Assembly (NCBI GenBank): GCA_938040315.1
Contig: CALHQW010000024.1
Coordinates: 599 to 64,598, forward strand
From: an uncultured bacterium
GTDB lineage: Bacteria; Hydrothermota; Tepidihabitantia; Tepidihabitantales; DTDR01
DNA: 64,000 bases
Direction: 5' to 3'
A model generated the notes under the pieces. The model was not told the origin of the DNA, ran no database searches, and was given only the letters and a program-made list of their open reading frames with translations. The stretch's first letter is position 1, and every line of letters begins with the position of its first letter. The translations under genes and the position numbers were made by a program. Below, piece by piece: positions 48,956-58,791 of the stretch.

Positions 48956-50614
48956 TTATTTTAAACTTTTTAGTATCCTAATCCCCTCCTTAGCAACCTT
49001 TTTAACTTCCTCCTCTTCCTTAGAAAAGGGCCAAGGACGAATAATTTTTTTTAAAAGTGGCAGGGCCTCTTTATCTTTCAATTTTATTAAGGAATTAATA
49101 ACTTCAATCTTTACTGGCGATTCTTCAGAATTTATTGCTTTTCTTAAAATATTAATTGCCCTTTCACCACCGATTTCCGAAATTGCCCAAACTGCCTTTC
49201 TCTTTACAATTGTCTCTGGATCCTCAAGCATTTTCACCACTTCTTCAAAAACTTCATCAGCCCTTAATATTCCTAAAACTTCTAAAGCACTGCTTCGGAC
49301 AATCGCTGAATCATCTTTTAAAAGTTCTTCCATTATTTTGATAACCTCTCTTCTTTCTTCAATTGGTGGTAAAGAGACAATTTTACTGATTGCCAAAACC
49401 GAATGGTATCTAATAAGAGAACTCCGCTCTTTACAATTTTTTAACAAAATTTTAAGACTTTCTTTCTTTCTAATATCACCAAGAATTTCAATAATTTTTA
49501 TTTTCTTATCTTCTTCTTTAATTCTTGTTAATTCCTCAATTAAAATATTAACGCTCTTTTCGCCTAATTTAATCAATGCCTTTTTTGCTAAATCAACAAT
49601 CGTTGAGTTTGGTGAAGATAGTAAATTGAGAAGATAAGAACAGGTCTTTTCACTTTTAATATTGGCTAAAGCATTAACTGCGGCCATTTGGACAGTAATA
49701 TCTTTCTCATTAAAAAGATTTGCTAAACCTTCAATTGCCCTTTCATCACCAATTTTTCCTAAAATCTCACAGATACAGGTTTTCAAAACGATACTGGGAT
49801 TATTTAAAAGGGATAATAAAGGATATAAAACAATCTTACCTTCTTTTATCAATATCTCCATTGCCTTAAATCTTTTATTTAGGTCATCACTCATTAAGGC
49901 ATTGAGATAAGGCGAGATAAAGGCTTCGCCAATCATTGTTAATGCTTTAATGGCTGCTTCCCGAACAATTTCTGAATCATCGTATAAAGATAAATGGGCA
50001 AGTTCTTCGCCAGCCTTTTTATCACTGATCTTTCCTAAGGCTTCGCAAGCCGCGGCTCTTACCCAATGGTTTTCATCCTGCAATCTCTCTAAAAGTTGAG
50101 GAACCGCCTTGTTATCACCAATTTCTCCCAAAGCATTACAAGCACATACTCTTACCCAAAAATTTATATCATAAAGTAATGGAAAAATATCTTCCACCGC
50201 CTTTTTACTTTTCAAAACACCTAAGGCTTCGCAAGCCGAAGTTTTTATTAATGGGTCCTCATCTTTTAATAATTCAATTAAAGTATCCTCACTCTCCCTA
50301 GCATTTAATCTTGCTAATAATTGACAGAAGATTCTGATTGCTGGTTTTTCCAATTTTTTACTCTCCAAACTTTTAACCACCTCCTTCTCAACTTTTAACA
50401 TTTCTAAAATATAAGGAACTACTCCCCTACCAATTTTTAAAATCTCTTCAATAATCTTTTCTCTAATAACTGTATTTGCTTCGCTCGCTAAGGTTTCTAA
50501 CAATAAAAAAATTGCTTGCGGAGTTTTTAAAAATGCCAAATCTTCTATTGCCTTTAATCTTTTACTTATCTCCGGATGGGAAAGTTCTCGTTTCAGCCTC
50601 TCAATTTCATCCAT
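48956..50614 (-). CDS. HEAT-repeat (PBS lyase-like) protein
   Basis: 552 aa with recurring ...VR..A..ALG.IGD.RA...L units. Confidence 0.7.
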   Translation of the reverse strand: MDEIERLKRELSHPEISKRLKAIEDLAFLKTPQAIFLLLETLASEANTVIREKIIEEILKIGRGVVPYILEMLKVEKEVVKSLESKKLEKPAIRIFCQLLARLNARESEDTLIELLKDEDPLIKTSACEALGVLKSKKAVEDIFPLLYDINFWVRVCACNALGEIGDNKAVPQLLERLQDENHWVRAAACEALGKISDKKAGEELAHLSLYDDSEIVREAAIKALTMIGEAFISPYLNALMSDDLNKRFKAMEILIKEGKIVLYPLLSLLNNPSIVLKTCICEILGKIGDERAIEGLANLFNEKDITVQMAAVNALANIKSEKTCSYLLNLLSSPNSTIVDLAKKALIKLGEKSVNILIEELTRIKEEDKKIKIIEILGDIRKKESLKILLKNCKERSSLIRYHSVLAISKIVSLPPIEERREVIKIMEELLKDDSAIVRSSALEVLGILRADEVFEEVVKMLEDPETIVKRKAVWAISEIGGERAINILRKAINSEESPVKIEVINSLIKLKDKEALPLLKKIIRPWPFSKEEEEVKKVAKEGIRILKSLK

Positions 50615-50674
50615 ACAAAAAGATAATCCAAAAATTTCTTTTTGTCAAATAGAAAAAAGAGGAATTTTTGTTAA

Positions 50675-50702
50675 TTGACAGAAAGGAAAATTTTTCTATA
50701 AT
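50675..50702 (+). promoter_or_regulatory. sigma70-like promoter TTGACA-16-TATAAT
   Basis: Read directly, 24 nt upstream of the purH ATG. No clear SD in the leader. Confidence 0.45.
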
Positions 50703-50726
50703 TCTCTTTAAGTTAATTAAGATAAA

Positions 50727-52238
50727 ATGGAAAAGATTGCGTTAATCAGTGTTTATGATAAAGAAGGGATAATTGATTTTGTAAAAGAACTTGTTTCTTT
50801 AAACTATCAGATTATTGCCACTTCCAAAACTTATGAAATCTTAAAGAAGGAGAATTTGCCAGTAATTGAAATTAGTGAATATACTGGTTTTAAAGAAATC
50901 TTAAAAGGAAGAGTAAAAACTTTACATCCCTTAATCTTTGGTGGCATTCTCTCTTTTGGTAAGGAGGAAGAGGGAATAAAACCAATATCTTTAGTTGTCT
51001 GTAATCTTTATCCTTTTGATAAATATATTTTAAGTAATTTAAAGGAAGAGGAGATGATTGAACTGATTGATATTGGTGGTGTTTCGCTTTTAAGGGCAGG
51101 AGCAAAGAATTATCAATATGTCACAACTATTTATGATAAAAAGGATTATCCAATTGTCATCTCAGAATTAAAGAAATATGGTGAAGTAAGTTTGGAATTA
51201 AAAAGAAAACTTGCCTATAAGGCATTTAATTATGTTAGTTATTATGATAGTATAATCTCGGAATATTTTAGAAAATTAATTAAAGAAGATATTTTTCAAG
51301 ATTATTTAATTTTGCCTTTAAAAAGGGATTTGAAATTGCGTTATGGTGAAAATCCTCACCAAATTGGCTTTTATTATAATAATCCCTTTATAAAAAAGAA
51401 TTTTACTTATCTTTGGGGAAAGGAGTTATCTTATAATAATCTTTTAGATATATATTCGGTTTATAATATTATTTTTGATTTTAATTTTTTAGAATTTAAA
51501 GATTATAAACTCTGTTGTATTATTAAACATAATACTCCTTGCGGTATTGCCTTAGGAGAGAGTATGAAGGAGGCTTTTGAAAAGGCTTTTTTGTCGGATC
51601 CAAAATCGGCATTTGGTGGAATTGTTGGCTTTAATTGGGAACTTGATAAAGAGACAGCAGAAAAAATTGTTGATACCATTTTTGTGGAAGTAGTTTGTGC
51701 TCCTTCTTTTAACGAAACCGCATTAGATATTCTAAAAAAGAAAAAGAATTTGAGGATTATTAAATTAGAGAAAGGTAATGAGGATTTTGAGATAAGAAAT
51801 TGTCTGAGTGGCTATCTATTACAAGAGAAAGATAAGAGGGTTATAGAAAAGAAGGACTTTAAACTGATGACCAAAAGGATGCCAAGCGAAAAAGAGTTAA
51901 GGGATGCCCTTTTTGCTTATTTTGCGGTCAAATATGTAAAATCAAATGGGATTGTGATTGTGAAAGATTTGATGACTGTTGGAATTGGTGCTGGACAGAC
52001 ATCCCGAGTTGATTCGGTAGAGATTGCTCTTAAAAAGAGCGAAGGAAGATGTGAAGGTGGAGTTTTGGCATCGGATGGTTTTTTCCCTTTTAGAGATTCT
52101 ATTGATATTTCTGCAAAATATGGTATTAAAGTAATCGTTGAACCTGGTGGTTCATTAAGAGACGAAGAAATTATAAAAGCTTGTGAAGAAAATAATATCT
52201 CACTTATCTTCACAAATATAAGACATTTTCGTCATTAA
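50727..52238 (+). CDS. purH: bifunctional AICAR transformylase / IMP cyclohydrolase
   Basis: ALISVYDKEG, GRVKTLHP, RYGENPHQ and the C-terminal FRH. Confidence 0.92.
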   Translation: MEKIALISVYDKEGIIDFVKELVSLNYQIIATSKTYEILKKENLPVIEISEYTGFKEILKGRVKTLHPLIFGGILSFGKEEEGIKPISLVVCNLYPFDKYILSNLKEEEMIELIDIGGVSLLRAGAKNYQYVTTIYDKKDYPIVISELKKYGEVSLELKRKLAYKAFNYVSYYDSIISEYFRKLIKEDIFQDYLILPLKRDLKLRYGENPHQIGFYYNNPFIKKNFTYLWGKELSYNNLLDIYSVYNIIFDFNFLEFKDYKLCCIIKHNTPCGIALGESMKEAFEKAFLSDPKSAFGGIVGFNWELDKETAEKIVDTIFVEVVCAPSFNETALDILKKKKNLRIIKLEKGNEDFEIRNCLSGYLLQEKDKRVIEKKDFKLMTKRMPSEKELRDALFAYFAVKYVKSNGIVIVKDLMTVGIGAGQTSRVDSVEIALKKSEGRCEGGVLASDGFFPFRDSIDISAKYGIKVIVEPGGSLRDEEIIKACEENNISLIFTNIRHFRH

Positions 52239-52462
52239 TTAAATACTAAATTAATTACTATACTATATCCTATACTGCCCCTATTATAATTAAAAAAATA
52301 TCTCTCCTATTTACTATAAAGAAAATAGAAAAATAAAAGATACCTTTTATTTATTTAATCTCCTTTAACACCTCCTTTTTAATCCTCATATTTTCTCCTA
52401 TATATATTAGACGGAAAAGAGCCCTAAAAGGTTACCAGAAATTTTTATAACTTTTTTAGTTA

Positions 52463-52490
52463 TTGAAAATATAATCTCTTTATATAAAAT
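52463..52490 (+). promoter_or_regulatory. sigma70-like promoter TTGAAA-16-TAAAAT, with the -10 ending 6 nt before ATG 52497 (leaderless geometry)
   Basis: Read directly. No SD. Confidence 0.4.
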
Positions 52491-52496
52491 TAGAAA

Positions 52497-53237
52497 ATGA
52501 AAGGAGTTGTCCTTGCTGGTGGCTTGGGAACAAGGTTATATCCATTAACAAAAGTTACTAATAAACATCTTTTACCAGTTTATAATGAACCAATGATTTT
52601 CTTTCCAATAAAAAAATTGGTATCTTGCGGAATTGAAGATATATTAATTGTTACTGGTGGAAATAATGCTGGTGATTTTTTAAGGTTATTAGGTAATGGT
52701 AAAGAGTTTGGTTTAAAGAGATTGCATTATACTTATCAAGAAGGCGAGACTGGTATTGCGGCTGCCTTATCTTTAGCAGAAGATTTTGCTGATGGTGATA
52801 AAATTGTTGTTATTCTGGGTGATAATATCTTTGAAGAGGATATTAAAGAATATGTTGAAAAATTTGAAAAACAGAAAAGGGGAGCAAAAATATTTTTAAA
52901 AGAGATAAATAATCCAGAAAGATTTGGTGTTCCTGTTTTTGATAAGAATAATAGAATAATAAGGATTGAAGAGAAACCAAAAATACCAAAATCTCCTTAT
53001 GCGGTTACTGGGATTTATATGTATGATAATCAAGTATTTGATATCATTAGAACTTTAAAACCCTCAAAGAGGGGTGAATTGGAGATTACTGATGTTAATA
53101 ATAGGTATATAGAAAAGGGAGAACTTACTTATGAAATCTTGAAAGGTTGGTGGGCAGATGCCGGAACATCTTTTGAATCTTATTATCGGGCAATTAGTTT
53201 GGTAAGGGAAAGATATCTCAAAGAAAAAAATGGATAA
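52497..53237 (+). CDS. sugar-phosphate nucleotidyltransferase (glucose-1-phosphate thymidylyltransferase-like, short form)
   Basis: The MKGVVLAGGLGTRLYPLT signature. Confidence 0.75.
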   Translation: MKGVVLAGGLGTRLYPLTKVTNKHLLPVYNEPMIFFPIKKLVSCGIEDILIVTGGNNAGDFLRLLGNGKEFGLKRLHYTYQEGETGIAAALSLAEDFADGDKIVVILGDNIFEEDIKEYVEKFEKQKRGAKIFLKEINNPERFGVPVFDKNNRIIRIEEKPKIPKSPYAVTGIYMYDNQVFDIIRTLKPSKRGELEITDVNNRYIEKGELTYEILKGWWADAGTSFESYYRAISLVRERYLKEKNG

Positions 53238-55686
53238 AAAAGAGGTCTATCTTTTAGATGGTCATTCACTTGTTTTTCGTTCCTATTATGCCTTTATTAG
53301 AAATCCTTTAAGAAACGCTCGGGGAGAAAATACTTCGGCTATCTTTGGTTTTGTTAATACTTTAAGAAAACTTTTAAAAGAAAGGAAGGTTGAATATATT
53401 GCCTGTGTCTTTGATTCGAAAGCACCAACTTTTAGACACAAGATATTTTTAGAATATAAAAAAATAAGACCAGAAGCACCAAGTGATTTGAGATACCAAA
53501 TTCCAATAATTAAAGAAATCTGTTCCGCTTACGGAATAAAAGTATTAGAAGTGGCTGGCTATGAAGCCGATGATGTCCTTTGCACATTAGCAAAAAAATT
53601 AAAAGATAGGGGATGTAAAGTTTATATTGTCGCTACTGATAAAGATTTGTTTCCCCTTGTTGATGAAGATATTATCATTTATGATACCTATAAAGAAATA
53701 TTTTATGACCGCGAGAAGATAAAAGAGAAATATGGTATTGAACCAGAAAGGATAACCGATTTTCTTATTTTAGTTGGTGATAAAATAGATAATATTCCAG
53801 GAGTAAAAGGAATTGGTGAAAAAACTGCTATTGAAATTTTAAAAAAATATGGCAATTTAGAAAGAGCATTAAAAGAAGATAGTAGATTAAAAGGAAAGGA
53901 AGAGGAGATTTTATTTTCTAAGAAATTGATTAGTTTAAAAGATGATGTGCCTATTCAATTTTCTTTGGAAGATTTAAAACTTAAAGAAAGGGATAATAAA
54001 AAACTTTTAGCAATTTTTAAAGATTTAGGTTTCAAAACTTTCCTTAGTGATTTTGAAGAGGAGAAAGTTGATATTGAAAAACAATTAAAAATTATTACTG
54101 ACTTAGAGCAACTTAAAAAAGAGGAAAATTTTGCCTTTCTCATAAGCGACAGAAAGATATATTTGGGAAACAACAAAGGTGTTTACGAAGGAAATTTAGA
54201 AAATCTAAGAGAGTTTTTTTTAACCGATAAAGAGAAAATTACTTATGATTTTAAAGAACAATATAAATACTTAGAAGAGTTAAATTTAAAAAATATCTTT
54301 GATATCAAAATTGCTGCCTATCTTTTAGAGCCAGAAAGAAAAAGATTTCTTTTAGAAGATTTAATTTTAAGTTATTTAAAATTTTTAAAAAAGAGTGTTT
54401 CGCCAAAAGAAGGGGTTTATTATATCTATTCAATTTATCAGCAACTTTTACCCGAATTATTAGTAAGAGATCTGGTAAAACTTTTTTATGATATTGAAAT
54501 GCCCCTAATTCCTTCTCTCTATCGGATGGAAAAAAGGGGAATAAAAATTGATATCCAATTTTTTAGAGAGTTAACAAAAGAATTAGAAAGAGAGATTTTT
54601 GCTTTACAGAAAGAGATTTATCAATTAGCAGGATTGGTATTTAATATCAATTCTCCCAAACAACTTGCGGAAGTTTTATTTGATAGATTAAAATTACCTA
54701 TTCCCAAAGGAAAAGAAAGATCAACCGCTTCCGAAGTATTAATTGAACTTATTTCTTATTCACCAATTATTGAAAAAATTCTTCGTTATCGGGAATTGAA
54801 TAAACTTTTAACTACCTATTTAAAACCCTTTCCGGAGATGTGTGATAAAAATTTGCGTCTTCATACCTATTTTGACCAAACAAAAACTGCTACTGGTCGG
54901 CTTGCTTCTCTTTCACCCAATCTCCAAAATATTCCTGTCCGTGGTGAATTGGGACAAAAAATTAGAAAGGGATTTATTTCGGAAAAGGGTTATCTTTTAA
55001 TCTCGGCTGATTATTCTCAAATTGAATTAAGAATTTTAGCCCATATTACTGAGGATGAAAATTTGATAAATATTTTCTTAGAAGATAAAGATATCCACAC
55101 AACAACGGCCGCAAAGATTTTTAAAGTAAAAGAAGAGGAAGTAAAAGAAGATATGAGAAGATTTGCCAAAATGGTTAATTATGGTCTTATTTATGGAATG
55201 AGTGATTATGGACTGGCCGAAAGTTTAAGACTAAAAAAGGAAGAGGCAAAAGAGTTTATGGAGAATTATTTAAATAGTTTTCCAAAAGTAAAAGAATGGC
55301 GAGAAGAGGTTATAAGAAAAGCAAAAGAAGAGGGCTATACAAAAACTATTTTGGGAAGGCCAAGATACTTTCCTGCCCTTTTATCACCTAACAAAACCCT
55401 TTATGAACAAGCAAAAAGACAGGCAATTAATGCACCTATTCAAGGAAGTGCCGCTGATATAATAAAAAAAGCAATAGTTGAGGTAGATAAAAAATTAATA
55501 GAAAATAGATTTAATATTGGCTTAATTTTAACAATCCATGATGAACTTTTATTTGAAATTGAAGAAGAAAGGATTGAAGAGGCAAAAGAGATTATTAAAG
55601 AGATAATGGAAAATATCTATCCTTTAAAGGTGCCATTAAAAGTAAATATTGGTGTTGGTAAAAATTGGCAAGAAGCCCATTCTTAA
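53230..55686 (+). CDS. polA: DNA polymerase I
   Basis: 5' nuclease N-terminus (LLDGHSLVFRSYYA), polymerase motifs DYSQIELR and QGSAADI, and HDELLFE. Confidence 0.95.
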   Translation: MDKKEVYLLDGHSLVFRSYYAFIRNPLRNARGENTSAIFGFVNTLRKLLKERKVEYIACVFDSKAPTFRHKIFLEYKKIRPEAPSDLRYQIPIIKEICSAYGIKVLEVAGYEADDVLCTLAKKLKDRGCKVYIVATDKDLFPLVDEDIIIYDTYKEIFYDREKIKEKYGIEPERITDFLILVGDKIDNIPGVKGIGEKTAIEILKKYGNLERALKEDSRLKGKEEEILFSKKLISLKDDVPIQFSLEDLKLKERDNKKLLAIFKDLGFKTFLSDFEEEKVDIEKQLKIITDLEQLKKEENFAFLISDRKIYLGNNKGVYEGNLENLREFFLTDKEKITYDFKEQYKYLEELNLKNIFDIKIAAYLLEPERKRFLLEDLILSYLKFLKKSVSPKEGVYYIYSIYQQLLPELLVRDLVKLFYDIEMPLIPSLYRMEKRGIKIDIQFFRELTKELEREIFALQKEIYQLAGLVFNINSPKQLAEVLFDRLKLPIPKGKERSTASEVLIELISYSPIIEKILRYRELNKLLTTYLKPFPEMCDKNLRLHTYFDQTKTATGRLASLSPNLQNIPVRGELGQKIRKGFISEKGYLLISADYSQIELRILAHITEDENLINIFLEDKDIHTTTAAKIFKVKEEEVKEDMRRFAKMVNYGLIYGMSDYGLAESLRLKKEEAKEFMENYLNSFPKVKEWREEVIRKAKEEGYTKTILGRPRYFPALLSPNKTLYEQAKRQAINAPIQGSAADIIKKAIVEVDKKLIENRFNIGLILTIHDELLFEIEEERIEEAKEIIKEIMENIYPLKVPLKVNIGVGKNWQEAHS

Positions 55687-55687
55687 A

Positions 55688-57697
55688 TTAAATTTTAACC
55701 ATCTTGCCACTAATTTTATATCCCTTTTCATTTATTAAAAGAAAATAAACCCCTTTTTTTAAATTTCTTATATTTTCTTTAATCAAATTACCTTTTAAAT
55801 CATATACTTTTAAAAGAAAAGAGGAATCTTCTTTTATATCAAATAAAAATTTATTTTCCTTTCTAAAAGGATTGGGAAGGGAGATAATTGGAGCATAATC
55901 TAAAATTTCAAAGAAAACAAATTCACTACTAAAACCTTTATTGCCATATTCATCAACCGGAATAATAAAAAGATAATATTTTCCTTTCTTTAAATGATAA
56001 AGATAATAATTGGTATCATTAAAAACTTTAAATTCTTTTAAATTCTTAAAAGTAATAATTTTTATCTCATCAATAAAAACTCCTAAACTGGTTATTGAAG
56101 AATCGGTCTTGTAACGAAATCTTAAATAATAATTTCCTTTTGGTAAAAAAATTCTTATTTTTTCAAAATAATCACTTTTTCCATAAAAGGAATCTAATTT
56201 GTGAAAGTTAATTTTGTCATAAGAATATTCTAAATAAAATATATCTCTTTTAATTCTATTAAAATAAGTCTCTTCGGTATTATAAAGGAGGTGACAAATT
56301 AACAAACCACCCTCTTCTAAATTTATTTTTTCTTTAGTAATTAAGTAATTATTCAATAAAAGACCTTCGCCCGAATAAAAAGCATTACCTTTTTTAGCAA
56401 ACCTATTTGATAGAGAAAATCCGTAATTTTCCCAAAGATTAAAATTCTCGCAAGAATCATAGAAGAGGGTATCAAACTGAGTAAAAAGATATAAATGATA
56501 ATCAATTTTTGATAAATCAAAAGAGCGAGAAAAATTTATAAAAATATTATTTCTTTCCTTTTTTATTTTTATCTCTTTTATTATCTCTGGTCTTACATCA
56601 TCTACAGAATAATACTCATTTAAAAATTCAAGCCATTTAACTTCTTTCTGAAAAGTTAATAAAGAATATTCTTTTATATATTTTTTAAAACCAAGATAAT
56701 GATAAGGGAAAAAGATTGCTAAACCTTCACCTTTTTTATAAAAATCAGTTTTTTTTAAACTAATAATTGAAGAAAATATTTCACCCTGATAATTTAGTTC
56801 TTTTAAAAGAGAGAAAAAATCAATGTGAGAAGATAAAGAATCTTCTCTTTCAAAAAAGGGATAATTTTGAACTTTATTTCTTATTTGAGAAATTATGTTT
56901 CTATTTTTTCCTTTTAAAAAAGAAAAAACTTTTTTATATTCCCTTTTTAATTTATTTAAATCAATTGCCGAAAAGATTCCTTCTTCTCCTCTATTCTTTA
57001 TATTTTTCAAATTATTCTCTGCCCAATCAATAGCCAGTTCTTTTATTTCTATCTTCTCCTTCTCTTCAATCTTTTTTATTAAACTTTTATAATCCCAAGC
57101 AGAAATTGGTAAAATACTCGGTGAACTAAAAAGATAATCACAATAATCAAATATCTCAAAAGCAATTTCGATCATTCCCATCAAACAGACATCAAAGCCA
57201 ACAATTTTTATTTTTTTATTAAGAATCTCCTTTGCTTTTTGAAGAAATTCTTTTAATCCACCATTAACAATTGAAAGAGAACCCTGATTTGTCTCATCAT
57301 ACAAAAAAGTTCGATTTAGACTTTGATACCACCCATTACCATGACCATAAAAAATTAAAAAATAATTTTCACTTTCGTAATTTTCTTTAACAAATCTTAA
57401 AAAATCACTAAAAAAATTTATATCCGCAACATTAACCTCCCCTAATTTTCTTTTCAATTCAATCTTTCCGTTATTTAATTCATAAATTTTGGGAAAAGGT
57501 GAGGTATCATAATAAGAATTATCTATTAAAATTATTGTCTTTACTTTCTTATTATATCCTAAATCAGTGAGTTTCATAATCTCCTTGTAACCGGCATTAG
57601 ATAAATCGTTATCACAAGCAAAATATAAAATAATTGTCCATTTTGTTTTTCCAAAAAGAAGATTTATTAAAATAAGAAATATAATTAATTTTCTCAT
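55688..57697 (-). CDS. clostripain-like (peptidase C11) cysteine protease with a T9SS C-terminal sorting domain
   Basis: The His-Gly and Cys dyad context (FYGHGNGW, GFDVCLMG). Signal peptide starts at M13 (MRKLIIFLILINLLFG). The tail reads KGVYFLLINEKGYKISGKMVKI. The start is moved from 57733 to 57697 because the upstream codons run through a terminator hairpin. Confidence 0.7.
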   Translation of the reverse strand: MRKLIIFLILINLLFGKTKWTIILYFACDNDLSNAGYKEIMKLTDLGYNKKVKTIILIDNSYYDTSPFPKIYELNNGKIELKRKLGEVNVADINFFSDFLRFVKENYESENYFLIFYGHGNGWYQSLNRTFLYDETNQGSLSIVNGGLKEFLQKAKEILNKKIKIVGFDVCLMGMIEIAFEIFDYCDYLFSSPSILPISAWDYKSLIKKIEEKEKIEIKELAIDWAENNLKNIKNRGEEGIFSAIDLNKLKREYKKVFSFLKGKNRNIISQIRNKVQNYPFFEREDSLSSHIDFFSLLKELNYQGEIFSSIISLKKTDFYKKGEGLAIFFPYHYLGFKKYIKEYSLLTFQKEVKWLEFLNEYYSVDDVRPEIIKEIKIKKERNNIFINFSRSFDLSKIDYHLYLFTQFDTLFYDSCENFNLWENYGFSLSNRFAKKGNAFYSGEGLLLNNYLITKEKINLEEGGLLICHLLYNTEETYFNRIKRDIFYLEYSYDKINFHKLDSFYGKSDYFEKIRIFLPKGNYYLRFRYKTDSSITSLGVFIDEIKIITFKNLKEFKVFNDTNYYLYHLKKGKYYLFIIPVDEYGNKGFSSEFVFFEILDYAPIISLPNPFRKENKFLFDIKEDSSFLLKVYDLKGNLIKENIRNLKKGVYFLLINEKGYKISGKMVKI

Positions 57698-57731
57698 AAA
57701 ATAAAAAAGGGGGTTGATTGGCTCAACCCCC
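57698..57731 (-). terminator. intrinsic terminator-like hairpin GGGGGTTGA-ttggc-TCAACCCCC followed on the minus strand by TTTTTTATTTT
   Basis: Stem at 57709-57717 / 57723-57731, read directly. The U-tract runs straight into ATG 57697. Confidence 0.6.
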
Positions 57732-57752
57732 AAAAGCCTTCCTTATTAAATA

Positions 57753-58781
57753 TTAAAAGGCAAAACTGAGACTTAACCGATGGGAACCGAGTAAATAATA
57801 ATGGTGACGATAACTATAATCAATTGCAAACTCTGCTCCATTCATCAAACTCGTCTTTATTCCTAAACCACCGGAAAGTCCTGTCATCCAATGGATTTGG
57901 TCCCGATATTCACTATCGGTATTTAAGATATAACCTGCTCTAATTGAAAACATCTTAGAAATTAGATATTCTAAACCGATATTAAAGGTTTCGTTAATAT
58001 CATTATAATGAACCAAATCGACACAGGAGGTTAGGCGAGAATTTTCATTATAAATCAAATCGGTGGCGATACCAAATCTAAAGGTTGTGGGAATGGGCAC
58101 TGGTGTAGAAACGTAAGAAATTGGAACTTCTTTTCCCGTCTTCTCATCTTTCTCAATTCTTTTTAGTCTTCCGCCAGTATAAGCAATTTCTGGACCATAA
58201 TTGTTAATTGCCACGCCAATTCTCAAATTATGAAAACCGGTATTAAAATGAAATCCAACATCAATAGCAAAAGAACTCGCTGACATATCCCATACCCTTT
58301 CTTGAATTCCCTTTAAACCGATACCAATTGATAATTTTTCAGTAAAATAGCGGGCAAAAGTAAAACCAACCGCCATTCCTGAAGCACCAAAACGTAAACC
58401 TGTGCTCTCATCCTCTCTTTGCGGAGTATACAAAGAATCAATTTTGGTTTCTAACATACTTCCCATTGTCAAAGCAATTACGGAAAAACCAAAATTACCA
58501 ACGGCACCCGCCGGAATAACCGCACTTAAATATTCGTGGGAAACATCAGCAATCCAATCAATATGGTTAAAGAAAAATACTCTTTTTGACAAAAGTGCTA
58601 AACCGCCAGGATTATAAAAAGTCGCAGTAGCGTCATCAGCAAGAGCAACAAAGGAAGAACCCATACCACTTGCCCGACCAACATCAACTTTTAACCAACT
58701 AGCCCCGGTTGTTCCTCTCTTGTCAAAAGCACCGAAGGCAATCGTGATAATCGAAATTAATATTAATAATTTAGTTCTCAT
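57753..58781 (-). CDS. PorV/PorQ-family outer-membrane protein (T9SS shuttle-like)
   Basis: GRASGMGSSFVALADDATATFYNPGGLA resembles the PorV/LptO N-terminal signature. 342-aa beta-barrel ending in F. Confidence 0.7.
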   Translation of the reverse strand: MRTKLLILISIITIAFGAFDKRGTTGASWLKVDVGRASGMGSSFVALADDATATFYNPGGLALLSKRVFFFNHIDWIADVSHEYLSAVIPAGAVGNFGFSVIALTMGSMLETKIDSLYTPQREDESTGLRFGASGMAVGFTFARYFTEKLSIGIGLKGIQERVWDMSASSFAIDVGFHFNTGFHNLRIGVAINNYGPEIAYTGGRLKRIEKDEKTGKEVPISYVSTPVPIPTTFRFGIATDLIYNENSRLTSCVDLVHYNDINETFNIGLEYLISKMFSIRAGYILNTDSEYRDQIHWMTGLSGGLGIKTSLMNGAEFAIDYSYRHHYYLLGSHRLSLSFAF

Positions 58782-58791
58782 CTTATCCTCC

